From Mobula hypostoma (lineage: Eukaryota), in NCBI RefSeq assembly GCF_963921235.1, contig NC_086108.1:50842001-50906000 (forward strand): 64,000 bases of DNA, read 5' to 3'. Below are positions 51,801 to 64,000 of this stretch, in pieces. Position numbers and translations under genes: made by a program. How positions within the stretch are numbered: position 1 is the stretch's first letter; each line of letters starts with the position of its first letter. Below the pieces are notes generated by a model that saw only the letters and a program-made list of their open reading frames with translations, was not told the origin of the DNA and did not search any database.

Positions 51801-53900
51801 GCTTCTCTTTTTCAAATTTCACAGTGAACTCAATCATGTTATGATCACTACCTCCTAAGGGTTCCCTCACCTCAATCTCTCTAATCACCTCCGGTTCATT
51901 GCACAATACCCAATCCAGTACAGCCGATCCCCTAGTGGGCTCAACAACAAGCTGTTCTAAAAAGCCATCTCGCAGACATTTTACAAATTCTCTCTCTTGA
52001 GATCCAGTGCCGACCTGATTTTCCCAATCCACTCGCATGTTAAAACCCCCCACAATTATCATAACACTGCCCTTCTGACAAGCCTTTTCTATTTCCTGTT
52101 GTAATTTGTAGTCCACATCACTGCAGCTGTTTGGAGGCCTATAAATAACTGCCATCAGGGTCCTTTTACCCCTGCGATTTCTTAGCTCAACCCATAAAGA
52201 TTCTGCACCTTCCGATCCTATATCACTTCTTTCTAATGATTTAATATCATTTCTTCCCAATAAAGCCACGTCTCCCCCTCTGCCTACCTTCCTATCCTTC
52301 CAATACACTGTGTATCCTTGGACGTTCAGCTCCCAGAGACATGCATCCTTTAGCCACGTCTCAGTGATGGCCACAATATCATACCTGCCAATCTGTAGCT
52401 GTACAACAAGATCGTCCACTTTATTCCTTATGCTGCGTGCATTTAAGTATAACACCTTAAGACCAGTATTTGGTACTTTTTGCTTTGATTTCACTGCAAC
52501 TTTATTGCACTGCAACTCGTCTCAATGGCTACAAATTTGCCCCATCACTTGCCTGTCTTTCCTGACATCTTTACTGCTCACCATCTTAGATTTATTTCTG
52601 TTTTCTCCTTCCTCTGCTCTGTCATTCTGGTTCCCATCCCCCTGCCAAATTAGTTTAAACCCTCCCTAACAGCTCTATTAAACTTTCCCACCAAGATATT
52701 GGTCCCCTTCGGGTTCAGATGTAACCTGTCCTTTTTGAAAAGGTTATACTTCCCCCAAAAGAGATCCCAATTATCCAAGAATCTGAAGCCCTGCTCCCTG
52801 CACCAGTCTCTCAGCCACGCATTCATCTGCCTGATCTGACTATTCTTGCCCTCACTAGCATGTGGCACAGGTAGCAATCCCGAGATTACTACCCTGGAGG
52901 TCCTGCTTCTCAGCTTCCTTCCTAATTCCTGGAAATCTCTCTTCAGGACCTCCTCCTTTGTCCTATCTATGTCATTGGTACCAACATGTACCAAGACAAC
53001 TGGCTGCTCACCCTCCCCCTTCAGAATATTCAGGACCCGATCCGAGACATCCTGTACTGTAGCACCTGGGAGGCAACACACCATGCGGGTATCTCTATCA
53101 GGCTCACAGAATCTCCTGTCCATTCCCCTGACTATGGAATCCCCTATGACTACCGCATTCCTCTTCTCCCTCCTCCTGCACAACAGCGCCAGGCTCAGTG
53201 CCAGAGACCCAGTCACCATGGGCGTCCCCTGTCAGGTCATCCCCCTCAACAGCATCCAGAACAAGATATTTGTTGCTGAGGGGTACAGCCACAGGTGTAC
53301 TCTCCACTATCTGGGCATTTCCCTTCCCTCTCTTGACAGTGACCCAGTTTTCTGACCCTTGTAACCTAGGGATGACTACCTCCCTGTAGCTCCTGTCTAT
53401 CACCTCCTCACTTTCCCTGATAAGCAGTAGGTCATCAAGCTGCAGCTCCAGATCCCTAACACGGTTTCTGAGGAGCTGCATCTTGGTGCACCTGGCACCT
53501 GCACTCCTTACTAAAAGTCCAGGATGCTGCCTTCAAGTCAGGAGACAGAAGAGCTCTCAGAGCAGTCAAGAGAAACCTCGTCTTGGGCACCAAGAGGGAA
53601 AAGACCACTTATGCACAAAAAATTTAGGAACACCTGTCCAATAACGATCCCTACCTACAGTATGTGTTTGGGTTTCAAGGGCATTAGTGACTATGCAAAG
53701 AAAAACAGCATGGACTGTACCAGTGACACCTCCCTCCCTGATGCTCTAAACAACTTTTATGCATGTTTCAAGGCATGCACTACAACACTGGCCACGAAGC
53801 TACCCCTCTCCCAGATGAGTAGCCACTGTCTGTAACAGCAGCAAACGTGAGAAGGACTCTGCAGCAAGCCAACCCCCGTCAGGTGGCCAAACCATGGCAA
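48900..53900 (+). mobile_element. Rex1/Babar LINE APE and linker region, split by a CR1 insertion (48900-49582 and 53500-53900)
   Basis: ATRGTNRLDHVYTN..YNAIPHPYL..RDHISIML before the CR1; reading resumes after it with DAAFKSGD and SLPDALNNFYACF. Confidence 0.8.
49583..53500 (-). mobile_element. Near full-length CR1 LINE: ORF1 (coiled coil + SGNH esterase) and ORF2 (APE + RT), frameshifted
   Basis: QLLRNRVRDLELQLDDL; VVIGDSIVRG..VHVGTND..DRLHLN; LYLNARSIRNK..AITETWL..SDHNMI; YLDFQKAFDKVPH; QGSVLGP; KFADNTK. Confidence 0.96.
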
Positions 53901-56260
53901 GTTGCAGCCACAGCTCTCAGGCAACCAGGATAACCTTGAGCTACAAGGCCGGGTGAGTACGATAACAGACTACCAGATGACAGGCATCATCATATTGTTG
54001 AATAAGAGCTGCTTGAGAAAAACCTCTGATTTTGTCTACAAACAGATAGAAAGGCTTACCACAATCTGGGAGTCTGAAGGTCAATGCAGACATGAGAGCA
54101 GTAAAGGACCTGTCGACTTCAGTTGACCTCTTCAATTGCTCCGGCACTGACATAAAGTGAGGTCCTGGAAGGGGGTAACTAAGTTTAACATAGTTAAGAA
54201 TCCACTGTCAGCAATATCCGGTCATACCCAGAAAGTGTGCACAATCTCCTTGAGGACTGGTTTAGACAGACTGACAATGGCCGGCACCATTTTGTCAGAA
54301 AGCAGGTCGCAAGCCCCATTCAAGAAAAAACCCAAAAAATGCACTTTGAGTTGTGAAAGCTGCAATATTTCTCAACGCCTTGTGGCTCTTGGTAGCAGGG
54401 CACGCAAAAGGACTACAGAGGCTTTGCGATTGGGGGAACATAAAAACAGATCATCTACAGTGCATATTATGAGAGTATGGATTCAGATGGGAAAATTACA
54501 TCTACCAAGTCCTTTTGGAGAGTTGTGCTCTCAGTGTGTCCCTGTGGGAGGTGGGTCCAGGTATAATGTTTGCCATGGTTGGTGAGAGCAAACAAATATT
54601 GGGAGTCTGGGTGAAATGGGATTGAAAACATGCCCCAACTGTATCGTATTTAGTGTTTGTGGGAATACAATGGAAGATTGTAGCTGGGTCTGGAACTATG
54701 GGATAGGTTGGTATCACGGATTCATTAACAGCCCTCAGGTCTTGGACAAAATGCCAGGTGCCCTTTCCCAGCTTCAAAACAATCAATATAGGCATATTAC
54801 ATGGTGTCACTGTTGGAATGACAATCCCACTTAGTAGGATTGCTTCCAATACAGGCTTTGTGCTCTTCTCTGGTTCAAGGGATACTGAGATTTGCATGGG
54901 AGGGGTTTTGCAAATCCAATCATACTTTAAGAGGTTCTGCAGACAGTACTTGGCCCACAGTATTTCTGGTACTTGAGCGAGGAAGCTTTCGATTGTTTCA
55001 CTATCCACCTACCCACGAGAGACTTAGGGCTTGATATTTAAATTCAGCAGAATAGGAAGCAGGGTTATTGTACATAAAAACAATTGCCTAGGGAAATACT
55101 GATAGTTTTCTGTTGAATTGGGCATAGTCAACTTCTGATGGCTTATGCAAGAGACGATTCATCATGTGTCCCAAATCCCGTGAGCGATTCGATGGTGCAA
55201 AATAAAGGGTAACACGCAGGCTCACATCAAGCAGCCTTTAAACAAAATGATTCAGCTTTATTGCGGCAACAACACCTTCTGGATCCACGCAGAGGGTGAG
55301 AATAACAAGTCAGAATGACTTACAGTTACGATCTTGGAGCAATTGTTTCACTGTTTTCTCATACAAGTGGTCTGGATCCTCTGTAGAATGATGTGCCCAT
55401 ACAGTCGACAGTCATGCACCACCCAGATGTCATATGTGGAAATTTCCCTTGCCCTGTACAGGCCTCTGAAAACTCCAGCAGTTGCTAAACCGAAGTTAAT
55501 GGATTAGCAGACGATTCATCAGTGAAATTCAACCACCAGACCTCTGATCATTTTCGAATAGAGCCTTCCAATGAAGCACAAACAGTCGGATAGAGTGTCT
55601 CAGGCACCTCGAATTGTACTGCTTCTGGGGAGCATACTAATGTACATCCCAACTTACAAAGGAGGTCCCAGTCCGATAAATTAATTGGTGATTCTGGCAC
55701 TATTAAAGACTGATGTTCTCCTTCAAGTCTAAAAACCTGATAAGTGACCTTACGGGAAAGAGGCGGAGAAACTGTGTCCCCCATGAGTCCCACGACATTT
55801 ACTAATTCATCAGTTAGAGATGCTTGAGGCCAATTAGAAGCACAAATTGTAGAAAACATGGCTCCAGTATCAATCAGAAAGTCTAATTGTCATCCATCTA
55901 CAGTCAAAGGAATAACAGAAGTCCTTATAATGGGCAGGAATTTGGGCTTGACACCCCTCCTGTAGAGGCTGGGACGTTGTCCAAATGGGTTACTTACAGT
56001 GAACTGTGTAGTCCATTGCACAGGTGATGGAGGCAGGAGCTGGCTGTTTTCAAAGTTGTCTTGGTGGCAAGGACATCTTCGAGCCTAGTAACCTGGCTGC
56101 CCGCAAGCAAAACACAACCCACTACAGGAATCGCTTTTACACCCCTCTGCCACGTCCACTACTCAACACTGCGGGGTGTGGATACAAGTATTCTATCCTT
56201 ATTTCCCTTAACAGTTCTAATCTTTTGATATTGTAACTGCCTCTGACAATCTTGTAAAGC
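53900..56260 (-). mobile_element. Degraded epsilon/gamma-like ERV gag-pro-pol segment
   Basis: Gag knuckle CFACGQPGY*ARRCP (~56070-56114); protease DFLIDTGA (~55860-55883); RT PCNMPIL..WHFVQDLRAVN..VPDPATI; connection LPDCGKPFYLFV. Confidence 0.88.
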
Positions 56261-56397
56261 ACTTATGATTTTTGTTTAACTCTTCCCTGTCTCTCTCTCT
56301 CTCCACCCCCCCCCCCCCATCTCACACAAATTGCAGTGAACATTTCTTTTAACCTGGGATGCAGGCCTCTCACAATAACATTTACTAAGGAGTACCT

Positions 56398-57290
56398 GCT
56401 TCTTGCATTCGGCTTTTGTGAGTATAAAGAACCAGAATCTACTCTGAGTGCAGTAAGGTTATTGCATGAACTTCAAGTGGGAGACAAAAAGCTGCTTGTA
56501 AAAGTAAATACAAAGATCAAAGCCCAGCTGGATGAATGAATGACAAAAATGAAAGGAGTCAATGGAGATACGAAAACAGAGGATTTGTCAGATGAGGAAA
56601 CTAAGAGGAGAGATAGAACATAGAACATAAAAAAACCTACAGCAAAATACAGGCCCTTCGGCCCACAAAGCTGTGCCGAACATGTCCCTACCTTAGAACT
56701 ACCTAGGCTTTACCCATAGCCCTCTATTTTTCTAAGCTCCATGTAGTCATCCAGGAGTCTCTTAAAAGACCCTATCGTTTCTGCCTCCACCACCGCTGCC
56801 AGCAGCCCATTCCACGCACTCACCACTCTCTGTGTAAAAAAACTTACCCCTGATATCTCTGTACCTGCTTCCAAGCACCTTAAAACTATGCCCTCTCGTG
56901 CTAGCCATTTCAGCCCAGGGGACAAGCCTCTGACTATCCACACGATCAATGCCTCTCATTATCTTTATGATTGGATCATAAAGGGAACAATAAAATGATT
57001 AATAAGAGAATATTGCAATGAAGTAAATGCACCTTCCCAAGATGAAGATGCACAAACTGGAAAGAAAAGAAAGAGTAGGATGACACAAAGTGCTATGGAA
57101 ATGAAAGAGGATAAACGGGACTTAATTTCTTGAGAAATTAGCGAATTCGGAGATACTGACAGGCAACTAGAAGTTGAAAAGGAGAGAAGAGACAGAGAGA
57201 AAGAACATGAGTGAGAAAGGCATGAGAGAAGGAAAGTGAAAAAAGAGCAGAACAAAGAAAGAGAAATAAACTGAGACCAGGAGAGAAACA
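56398..57290 (+). pseudogene. RBM25: RBM25 processed pseudogene fragment (RRM end to RE-rich region), split by CR1
   Basis: AFGFCEYKEPESTLSAVRLLHELQVGDKKLLVKV..KAQLDE*..DEETKRRD, then IKGTIK*LIREYCNEVNAPSQ and AMEMKEDKRDLIS*EISEFGDT; intronless, with stop codons. Confidence 0.92.
56612..56968 (-). mobile_element. CR1 3' fragment inserted in the RBM25 retrocopy
   Basis: FFTQRVVSAWNGLLAAVVEAETIGSFKRLLD and an (agaacat)n tail. Confidence 0.92.
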
Positions 57291-57830
57291 AGGACCGACA
57301 TAGATCCCAGAACTGTCAGCATTTCTTCCTGCAGAGTCATCTTCTACAACCAGCACGGAGGAGGGCCCAGAACCTGAGATTGTTTTCACAGCCACAAGTC
57401 TCACCTGCCAAGCAGAGTGATCCCTCCTGTCAGGAAAGACGTAATCCCACAAGAGTGAGAAATCCTCCGCAGCAATTAAATCTTTAGGGCTGAATGGGAC
57501 AGTTGAAAACTCACTATGCTGTGGATGTATGTATAGTAGTTGTATTTTCTAGTTTACTGTGTATATAGTTGAGATGCATTCTATATTGAATTGGAATTTA
57601 TAGCTAAGCAGGGAGGAGTGTTTCAATAGTATTTGAATAATATTGTAAATATATTATTCAATTAAGCATTCTTGTACAATTAAATAATTTACAATGGATT
57701 ATAGGTAACAATAAGTGAATTGCATACCACGTGATACATGTGTGCCTTAAAGTAAGAACAAACTAAGATTCACATCATTCAGCTCTATTGTTTATCTTTT
57801 AACTAGTTTTATGTTTTGAAATTACAAAAT
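57291..57830 (+). mobile_element. Gypsy 3' end: pol tail, PPT and LTR
   Basis: ERRNPTRVRNPPQQLNL* pol C-terminus, PPT aagcagggaggag (57606-57618), then TG-starting AT-rich LTR. Confidence 0.7.
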
Positions 57831-60800
57831 GCATCAGTTTCTTGGAAAAAGTGGTTGAAGTCAAGACACTACACTCATTGCAAAATTGTTCAGTGCTTTT
57901 GAAGAAACAAGGATGATATGCAAGAAGGATGAAATCAAATTCTCTGAGTTCCTATATTCATTCTAATTTCTTGATCTATCAAATCTAATAATGTTATCAA
58001 TCTTTTCCTGAAGGCAACATTAATTGTAATATGGTATTTCAGCTTTGTTATGCAAGACAGTTTCTGTCCGTTTCATCCCTGAATAGAATGCAGCAACTAA
58101 CTGTGCCATCGCAATCTGATTGGATCACACTAATGAGAAAAGGTTCCTAATTCTTTTAACTCAATCCTCTTACACTTCTGCCCTTTCTGAACATATTGTC
58201 CTGATGTGGCAGTTGAAAACTCAGTGGAGCCTGGCCTGAGCTACAGTCCTGTGCTAGACTCACTGCCTGTTGCCTGTAGAGACACCAGCCCAGCTGTGAA
58301 ATTGGAGCCATTTGGAGCAGGTAGGCTTCTTTCCTTTTATCATGCCATCCTTATGCTCTGCATTTTATACCTGAAAAGCTCGTTTGTCAATGTTCCACAA
58401 GGAGCACAAATGCTATTTCTTAGATCAGTTGACATTTCCATCTGTGTGGAAATGGAAAATGTGATGGAAGCTTGTGTTGTTTATTTAAATGATAGGAAAC
58501 ACTTTCCAATTGAGTTCAATGCTTATTTCCACTTCTCTCTTTAAATGTCTTGTCTTTCCTTTTATTTTGTATTACATTTGGCTCAAGAATCAAGTTACCT
58601 GCAGAATAATTTTTAAAAATTGCTGTTACTTTTATTTTTATTGTCTTTGTATAAATCCATGATCAATAGTTTCTTTCAAGAATGATACATATATTTGTAG
58701 GCCTAAAATTCTTTTAAGCACAACATGTGGAAACTCCTGTTTCTACCTCCTCCATCTGCCACACTAAATATTCTGCTATTGAAATCAGAAAAACAGACAA
58801 CTTTGAATTTTCATTGCCTGGTAATTAATCAGAAAGGAACATGTTACCTGGATATTGTTTGAAGGTGGAGAGTTGTGAATTAAATCCACTACATTTTTTT
58901 GAAGCTACGAAAATTCCCAAGTGATTGATTAACCATACATGTTAAAGGAACCAATGTGGCTAGTTATCTAAAGTAAAAATTAAAATAGCTTTATTATCTA
59001 AACAATAAATTCAAATTTAAATCCAGGCTTGAATGTCCACTCCTTGGTGAAACACAAGCCACCAGCACAGTTACTGATTGTGTACTTGGCTCAACTTCAT
59101 ACAAAAAAAAAGTCTCCAGTTTCTCAATAGGACTATAGGATATTTCAGGTCTTTCGAACTGAGTTCACAGCAGATATTTGGGCGCAATTAGTCTGCGTCT
59201 GATAAAAGTCTATATTACATACTGAAGTTATTTTAATAGCAGCTTAATTCATAAATAAAAGTACAATTTGGAAATCTGGATGAAGTGTTATACAAGTTTG
59301 ACACCTAAAAGGCATATCCTATGTTTGTTAGTAGAAATGCTTGTTCAAACTGATGAAGAATAGTAAACATTAAATCATTAGTTTTTTTAAATTCAGTGAA
59401 CTTACATAAAATGCATTATTTTCAGCAATAGGAAATGAAAGAAATCAGATTGCCCGTACTCCATGCACTCAGCTGGAGTTTAGAGTTGCTGAAGCACCTT
59501 CTAAGTGGCCCAATTGTGTTGTTGCTGGGAGCACAGAGAATGGCCATGCAGGCTTCTTGTGAATGATCAGACAGCTCACCCAGTACCGTTGACTATCTTA
59601 ACAGTACTGCCTTCTGTGAACAAGTAGAGCTAAGTGCTGGAGCACCATGAAATTGACAGTAAGTAAATTACTCCAAAGCTGAGTAACTCATCCCAGCTTC
59701 CCAAAAGTCAACCTTGGACACATGAAAAATTTCTCAGCCTGGATGCCCAATCGCTGCAAGTGTAAGAGAGTACATTAAAGCAAGAAATTAATGGGCATGG
59801 AAATATAGCCATCCAGAATCTCCAGAGGGATTACAAAACTCAAATTAACCCATACCTGTTATACAATTTCTCAGGGAATTGACAAAGGCGTCATTGTCTC
59901 AAGAAGTGGGATGGAGAGGCCCCATAGTGGGGCCTTCTGTCTGAGGGAAACTTGGTGAGTATTTAAATGACCATTTAAAGCTTTATGGCTATTTGCAGGA
60001 AAAGCCAGAAAGTCTGATATAGCCACTTGGTAACAATATAGCAACATAGAGTCTGGCAAAGATTAATCTTGTGTTCCCGGCAGAGTACTGTAGTGTGTCT
60101 ACACCTGTGTCACTGTTGCAGACAAGGATGCACTCACTGCAATCATTATTAAATTATGGACTCATTTTAATAAAAGACAATTGTGCAAGGTAGTCAACAA
60201 GCTTTAAATATTTAGGATGTGGTCAATGTTTATGATGATCTTTCTCACACGCTGAAGAAATGAATAAATCTATTAGTTTCCCATTGAGCACACTAGCAGC
60301 TACAATTACTCAAAGCACAACACCCACATTACACAAATATTAGCAATCTCTGTTATACATAAAATACAACTTCTCCTAGTCAGCTCTCACACCTTGCACC
60401 AACAGTTCAATCACTACTGCCAGAGTGCTCAAATATTTTGAGCAACAATCATTAACCCTTTCTTTTCCTTGGAGGATGAGAAAGAAGCAGAAGTAACTGG
60501 CAGGGGACAGGTAGGCCTGTGCTCCTACCCATGAAGGAGATGGTGCTTGCCACAAGGGGAGCAGTCCTTGCTGAATCCGCAGCAAGACCAGGGCCTAAAT
60601 GATGAAATTGGAATCAATGTCTTTGAACCTTGCTCATTTCACAATCTCAAGAGATTTAGAAAGTACATTATCTGAAAGGACCATCTCTTACCAGCCTTCT
60701 AAGAAACCCTCACTATTTCATGAATGACTGGAAAAGAGCAGCAGGGTTCTTCTGTATCATCTGCAACAGTCATCCCTCAATTCACATCACCGATTCACAG

Positions 60801-61124
60801 ATTACATGGTCATTCAGCGTACTGCTTTTGTGGAAGTCCAATTCTGGGTTTAATTGCTGCTGCTCTTTCTTAAGTTACTGTAGTGAAATAATTCTTCTTT
60901 GAAATGCTTTGAGGAATCAAAGGATCATTAAGTGTCCTGCTTAAAGGCAAGTTCTTCCTTTATAGATCTATACAAATTGTTTTTACAGTTTGCCATTGCG
61001 GGACACTCAGTTCTACTAACAGTTCAACAAAATATGTGGTTTAATTTAGGGGTTTATTGGAATTATCACATGACAATGATGACGTTCCAGCGGGAATGCA
61101 GCAACTCACCAGGGAAGGTTGCAG

Positions 61125-61635
61125 CTGAAAACCTCTGGAGTATTCTGTTCAGTATTAGTTGTCTCATTATAGGAAGGATGTGGAAGCTTTAGAGAGGATG
61201 CTGCTTGGATTTGAGGGCATGTTTTATGAAAATATGTTGAGTGAGTTAGGGCTTTTCTCTTTGGAGTGAAGGAGGATGAGAGGTGTTCAAGATGATAAGA
61301 GGCAAAGATAGAGTGCATAGCCAAATACTTTTTTCCACAGGGTGGTAATGGCTAATACAAGGAGGTATGATCTTAATGTGATTGGAAGAAAGTATAGAAG
61401 GATGCCAGAGGTAAGTTCTTTATACAGAGAGCAGAAAGTGCGTGGAAAACCCTACCAGGATAGTGGTAGAGACAGGTACATTAGAGACATTAAAGAAACA
61501 CTTAAATAGGCACATCAATGATAGAGAAATGGAGAGCTACGTAGGAGAGGAGGGTTAGATTGATCTTATAGTGGGTTAAAGGGCTGGCACAACACCAATG
61601 GGCTGAAGGGCCTGTACTGTGCTGTAACGTTCTGT
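61125..61635 (+). mobile_element. CR1 3' fragment
   Basis: LEYSVQY.LSHYRKDVEALER remnant; ends gggctgaagggcctgtactgtgctgtaacgttctg. Confidence 0.85.
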
Positions 61636-61899
61636 GTTTTATGAAAACAGACAGCATGTACTTGTTCACCCTCAAATCCTTTTTCAGAATGTGATCTTCC
61701 TTTTGCATTAGATAGTAATGTAAACATTTTGTTAATTACTTGGTTGATTGCATGCATTTTAAAAATCATATTCTTGACCATTAATTGGGTAAATTCCATG
61801 AAATACTGACATTTAAGTTCTTATTTATTACTCCTTCCTCCGATGTTTACTAATCTGCTATCTCTTCACAAGTGAAGCAGTGAACAAAAGTGTTTCATT

Positions 61900-63375
61900 C
61901 CCCAAAGTCGTTGGCAGAGTGGGAGTAAAAAGAGCCTTTTCTGTTAGGCTTCTAGCGACTAGTGATCTTCCACAGCGGTTGTGTTGGGTCCACTGTTTTT
62001 CACGTTATATATTAATGAGCTGGATAGCAGAATTGATGGCTTTGTGGCAAGTTTGCAGATGATACAAAGAGAGGTGTAGAGGGGCAGGTGTTGTTGGTGA
62101 AGCAGGGAGTCCGCAGAACGGCTTGGGCAGGCTAAGAGAATCAGCAAGAAGTGGCTTATGGTTTGGTCTGGGTACGAGAGCGAGGAATAAGCTAATGTTT
62201 GGCTATTTCTGGAATGCACTTGGAGACAATTCAAAGCAGTAGAACCAAGGGGAGGCAAACGGAGGCGATGCAGAGTCTAGACACCAGGGTTCAGGCCCAA
62301 GAATGTATTGAAGCAGCGGGAGCTGCATCTGAGAGCAAGAAACGACCTAAGGTTTGGATGATTTAAGCACTGGGCCAGATTGAAAAGGTCAGGGTGTCGG
62401 GGCTGGAGATGAGGCATGGACCGGTTCAGCTTGCTGCTCGGAGAGGTTTACATGTCTCTGCACTGAACTGAGGCTGTGGCCTGCATCTGAATCCACTGCA
62501 GCGATGACGGGCTTCATGGCTGTTGACTCACTTTCGTGAACTTCAGTTCTGAATGTTATTTGCTTACCTTTATTACTTACACTTTTTCTGCACATTGGGC
62601 GTTTGATGGACTTCTTTTCTTTTAATGGATTCAATTGGGTTTCTTTGTTTTGTGCCTGCCTGTAAGGAGATGAATCCCAAGGTTGTACAAAGTATACAAG
62701 TTTTGATAATAAACGTACTTTGAACATGGAATACCATGTTGGAAAGTGTACAGTCATTCACTTTGGTGGAAGGAATAAATGCATAGACAATTTTCTAAAT
62801 GAGGAGCAAATTCAGAAATTGGAAGTGCAAGGGAACTTTGCCTAAAGGTTAACTTGCAGGTTGAGTCATAGTAAGGAAGACAAATGCAATATTAGCATTC
62901 ATTTCCAGAGCACTAGAATATAAAAGCAAGGATGTATTGCTGAGGCTTTATAAGGCATTGGTCAGACTGCATTTGGAGCATTCTGGGCAGTTTTGGCCCC
63001 CATATCTGAGAAAGGATCTGCTTGCTGGCATTGGAGAGAGTCCAGAGGAGACTTACAAGTAGGATCTCAGGAATGGCCAGGAATGAAAGAATTAACATAT
63101 GAGCAATATTTGATGGCTGTACTCACTGGAGGTTAGAAGAATGAGGTGGTATCTCATTGAAACCTACTGAATATTGAAAGGCCTAGATAGAGTGGACGTG
63201 GAGAAGATGTTTTCAATAGTGGGAGAGTCTAGGATCAGAGGGGCAGCCTTAGAATGAATGCATGTCCCTTTAGAACAGAGATATGAAAGAATTTTTTTAG
63301 CTAGAGGGTGGTGAATCTGTGGAATTCATTGCCATCGACGGTTGTGGAGGCCAAGTCATTGGGCATATTTCAAAG
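61900..63375 (+). mobile_element. CR1 RT 3' part interrupted by a non-autonomous retroelement (~62160-62726)
   Basis: FVASLQMIQ/KFADD-type region near 62040 resumes at 62727 (yhvgkctvihfggrn); the insert ends gataataaacgtactttgaac. Confidence 0.8.
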
Positions 63376-64000
63376 GTTCATTTATTATCAAAGTATATAA
63401 CTCTGAAATTCTTCAATTCTTTGTGTAGCCATGTAACTAAGAAAGAAAAGAATGCATGATCACCAACCTCCAAATCACAGCTCCCTGCAAAAAAAAAAGA
63501 ACAAAAATGTAACAGGCACATTGACCCCCAAATCCCTCTTAGAACACAAAAAAATAAACAAAACACATCAGGCACATTGACCCTCAAATCCCCCTCCCCA
63601 CACAAGAAACCAGGAAAAAAAACACATCATATAAAAATGATAAGACTGAAAAAAAGAGTCTATAGTCAAAGTCCACATCCAAAATGCAGCAAAAACCTGG
63701 GCAACACATCCAGGTGGAGCAGCAAGCTTTCCTGTCTCTGGTACAGAGCAACTGATCAAAAATTAAGCAGCCCTCTGTACTCACTCTAATGCTTCAACCT
63801 CCCTTGTTGTTTTAGTTGGTGAACAATGGAAGCTATAATCAGCAAAATGGAGCCAAGCATCAGCCTCGTGCCCCATCCTGCGGCCTGCCCAATTCAGGGT
63901 TTTTGCATGCTACCTGTCTCCTGAAATCTCCTCAGAGACTGCAGAGTGCTGGAACCCGAACGATATCCAAACTTAGGCACTCACCTTGATGCTTCAATCA
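63376..64000 (-). mobile_element. Retroelement 3' UTR and tail, running off the window end
   Basis: Antisense of tactttgataataaatgaacc tail with T-rich UTR on the minus strand. Confidence 0.6.

Noticed and set aside
52650..53219. SGNH esterase ORF as a host or horizontally acquired enzyme
   Set aside because: It is the known esterase domain of CR1 ORF1, in place upstream of ORF2.
56336..56539. Functional RBM25 exon
   Set aside because: Premature stops, intronless continuation and a CR1 insertion indicate a retrocopy.
1..64000. CRISPR array, operon or other prokaryotic system
   Set aside because: No regularly spaced repeats or gene-dense ORFs; recurring motifs are dispersed retroelement termini.

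Overview
Eukaryotic, repeat-dominated intronic or intergenic DNA, most likely from a cartilaginous fish (inferred from the CR1, Rex1-like, Penelope and V-SINE families I recognise). I found no intact, recognisable host protein-coding gene and no CRISPR, rRNA or true tRNA gene. The window is a nested set of decayed mobile elements: CR1 LINEs (one near full-length with esterase ORF1), a full-length RTE LINE with a 13-bp TSD, an RNase H-bearing Nimb/I LINE, L1/Tx1 and Rex1/Babar fragments, Penelope-like elements, Tigger3-like and hAT-Charlie DNA transposons, solo LTRs, two degraded epsilon/gamma-like ERV segments and an RBM25 retrocopy fragment. The most interesting signals are RNA-level: minimal hammerhead ribozyme motifs in the Penelope termini (one with an intact core), a decayed twister ribozyme at the exact 5' end of a tiny RTE-derived element, and a multibranch structured RTE leader. 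Also notable are a ~215-bp inverted repeat pair, a candidate 2H-phosphoesterase insert in an ERV pol, and an RBM25 fragment joined to a Gypsy 3' end. All family assignments are from motif recognition by eye, and boundaries are approximate unless a TSD or TIR is given.
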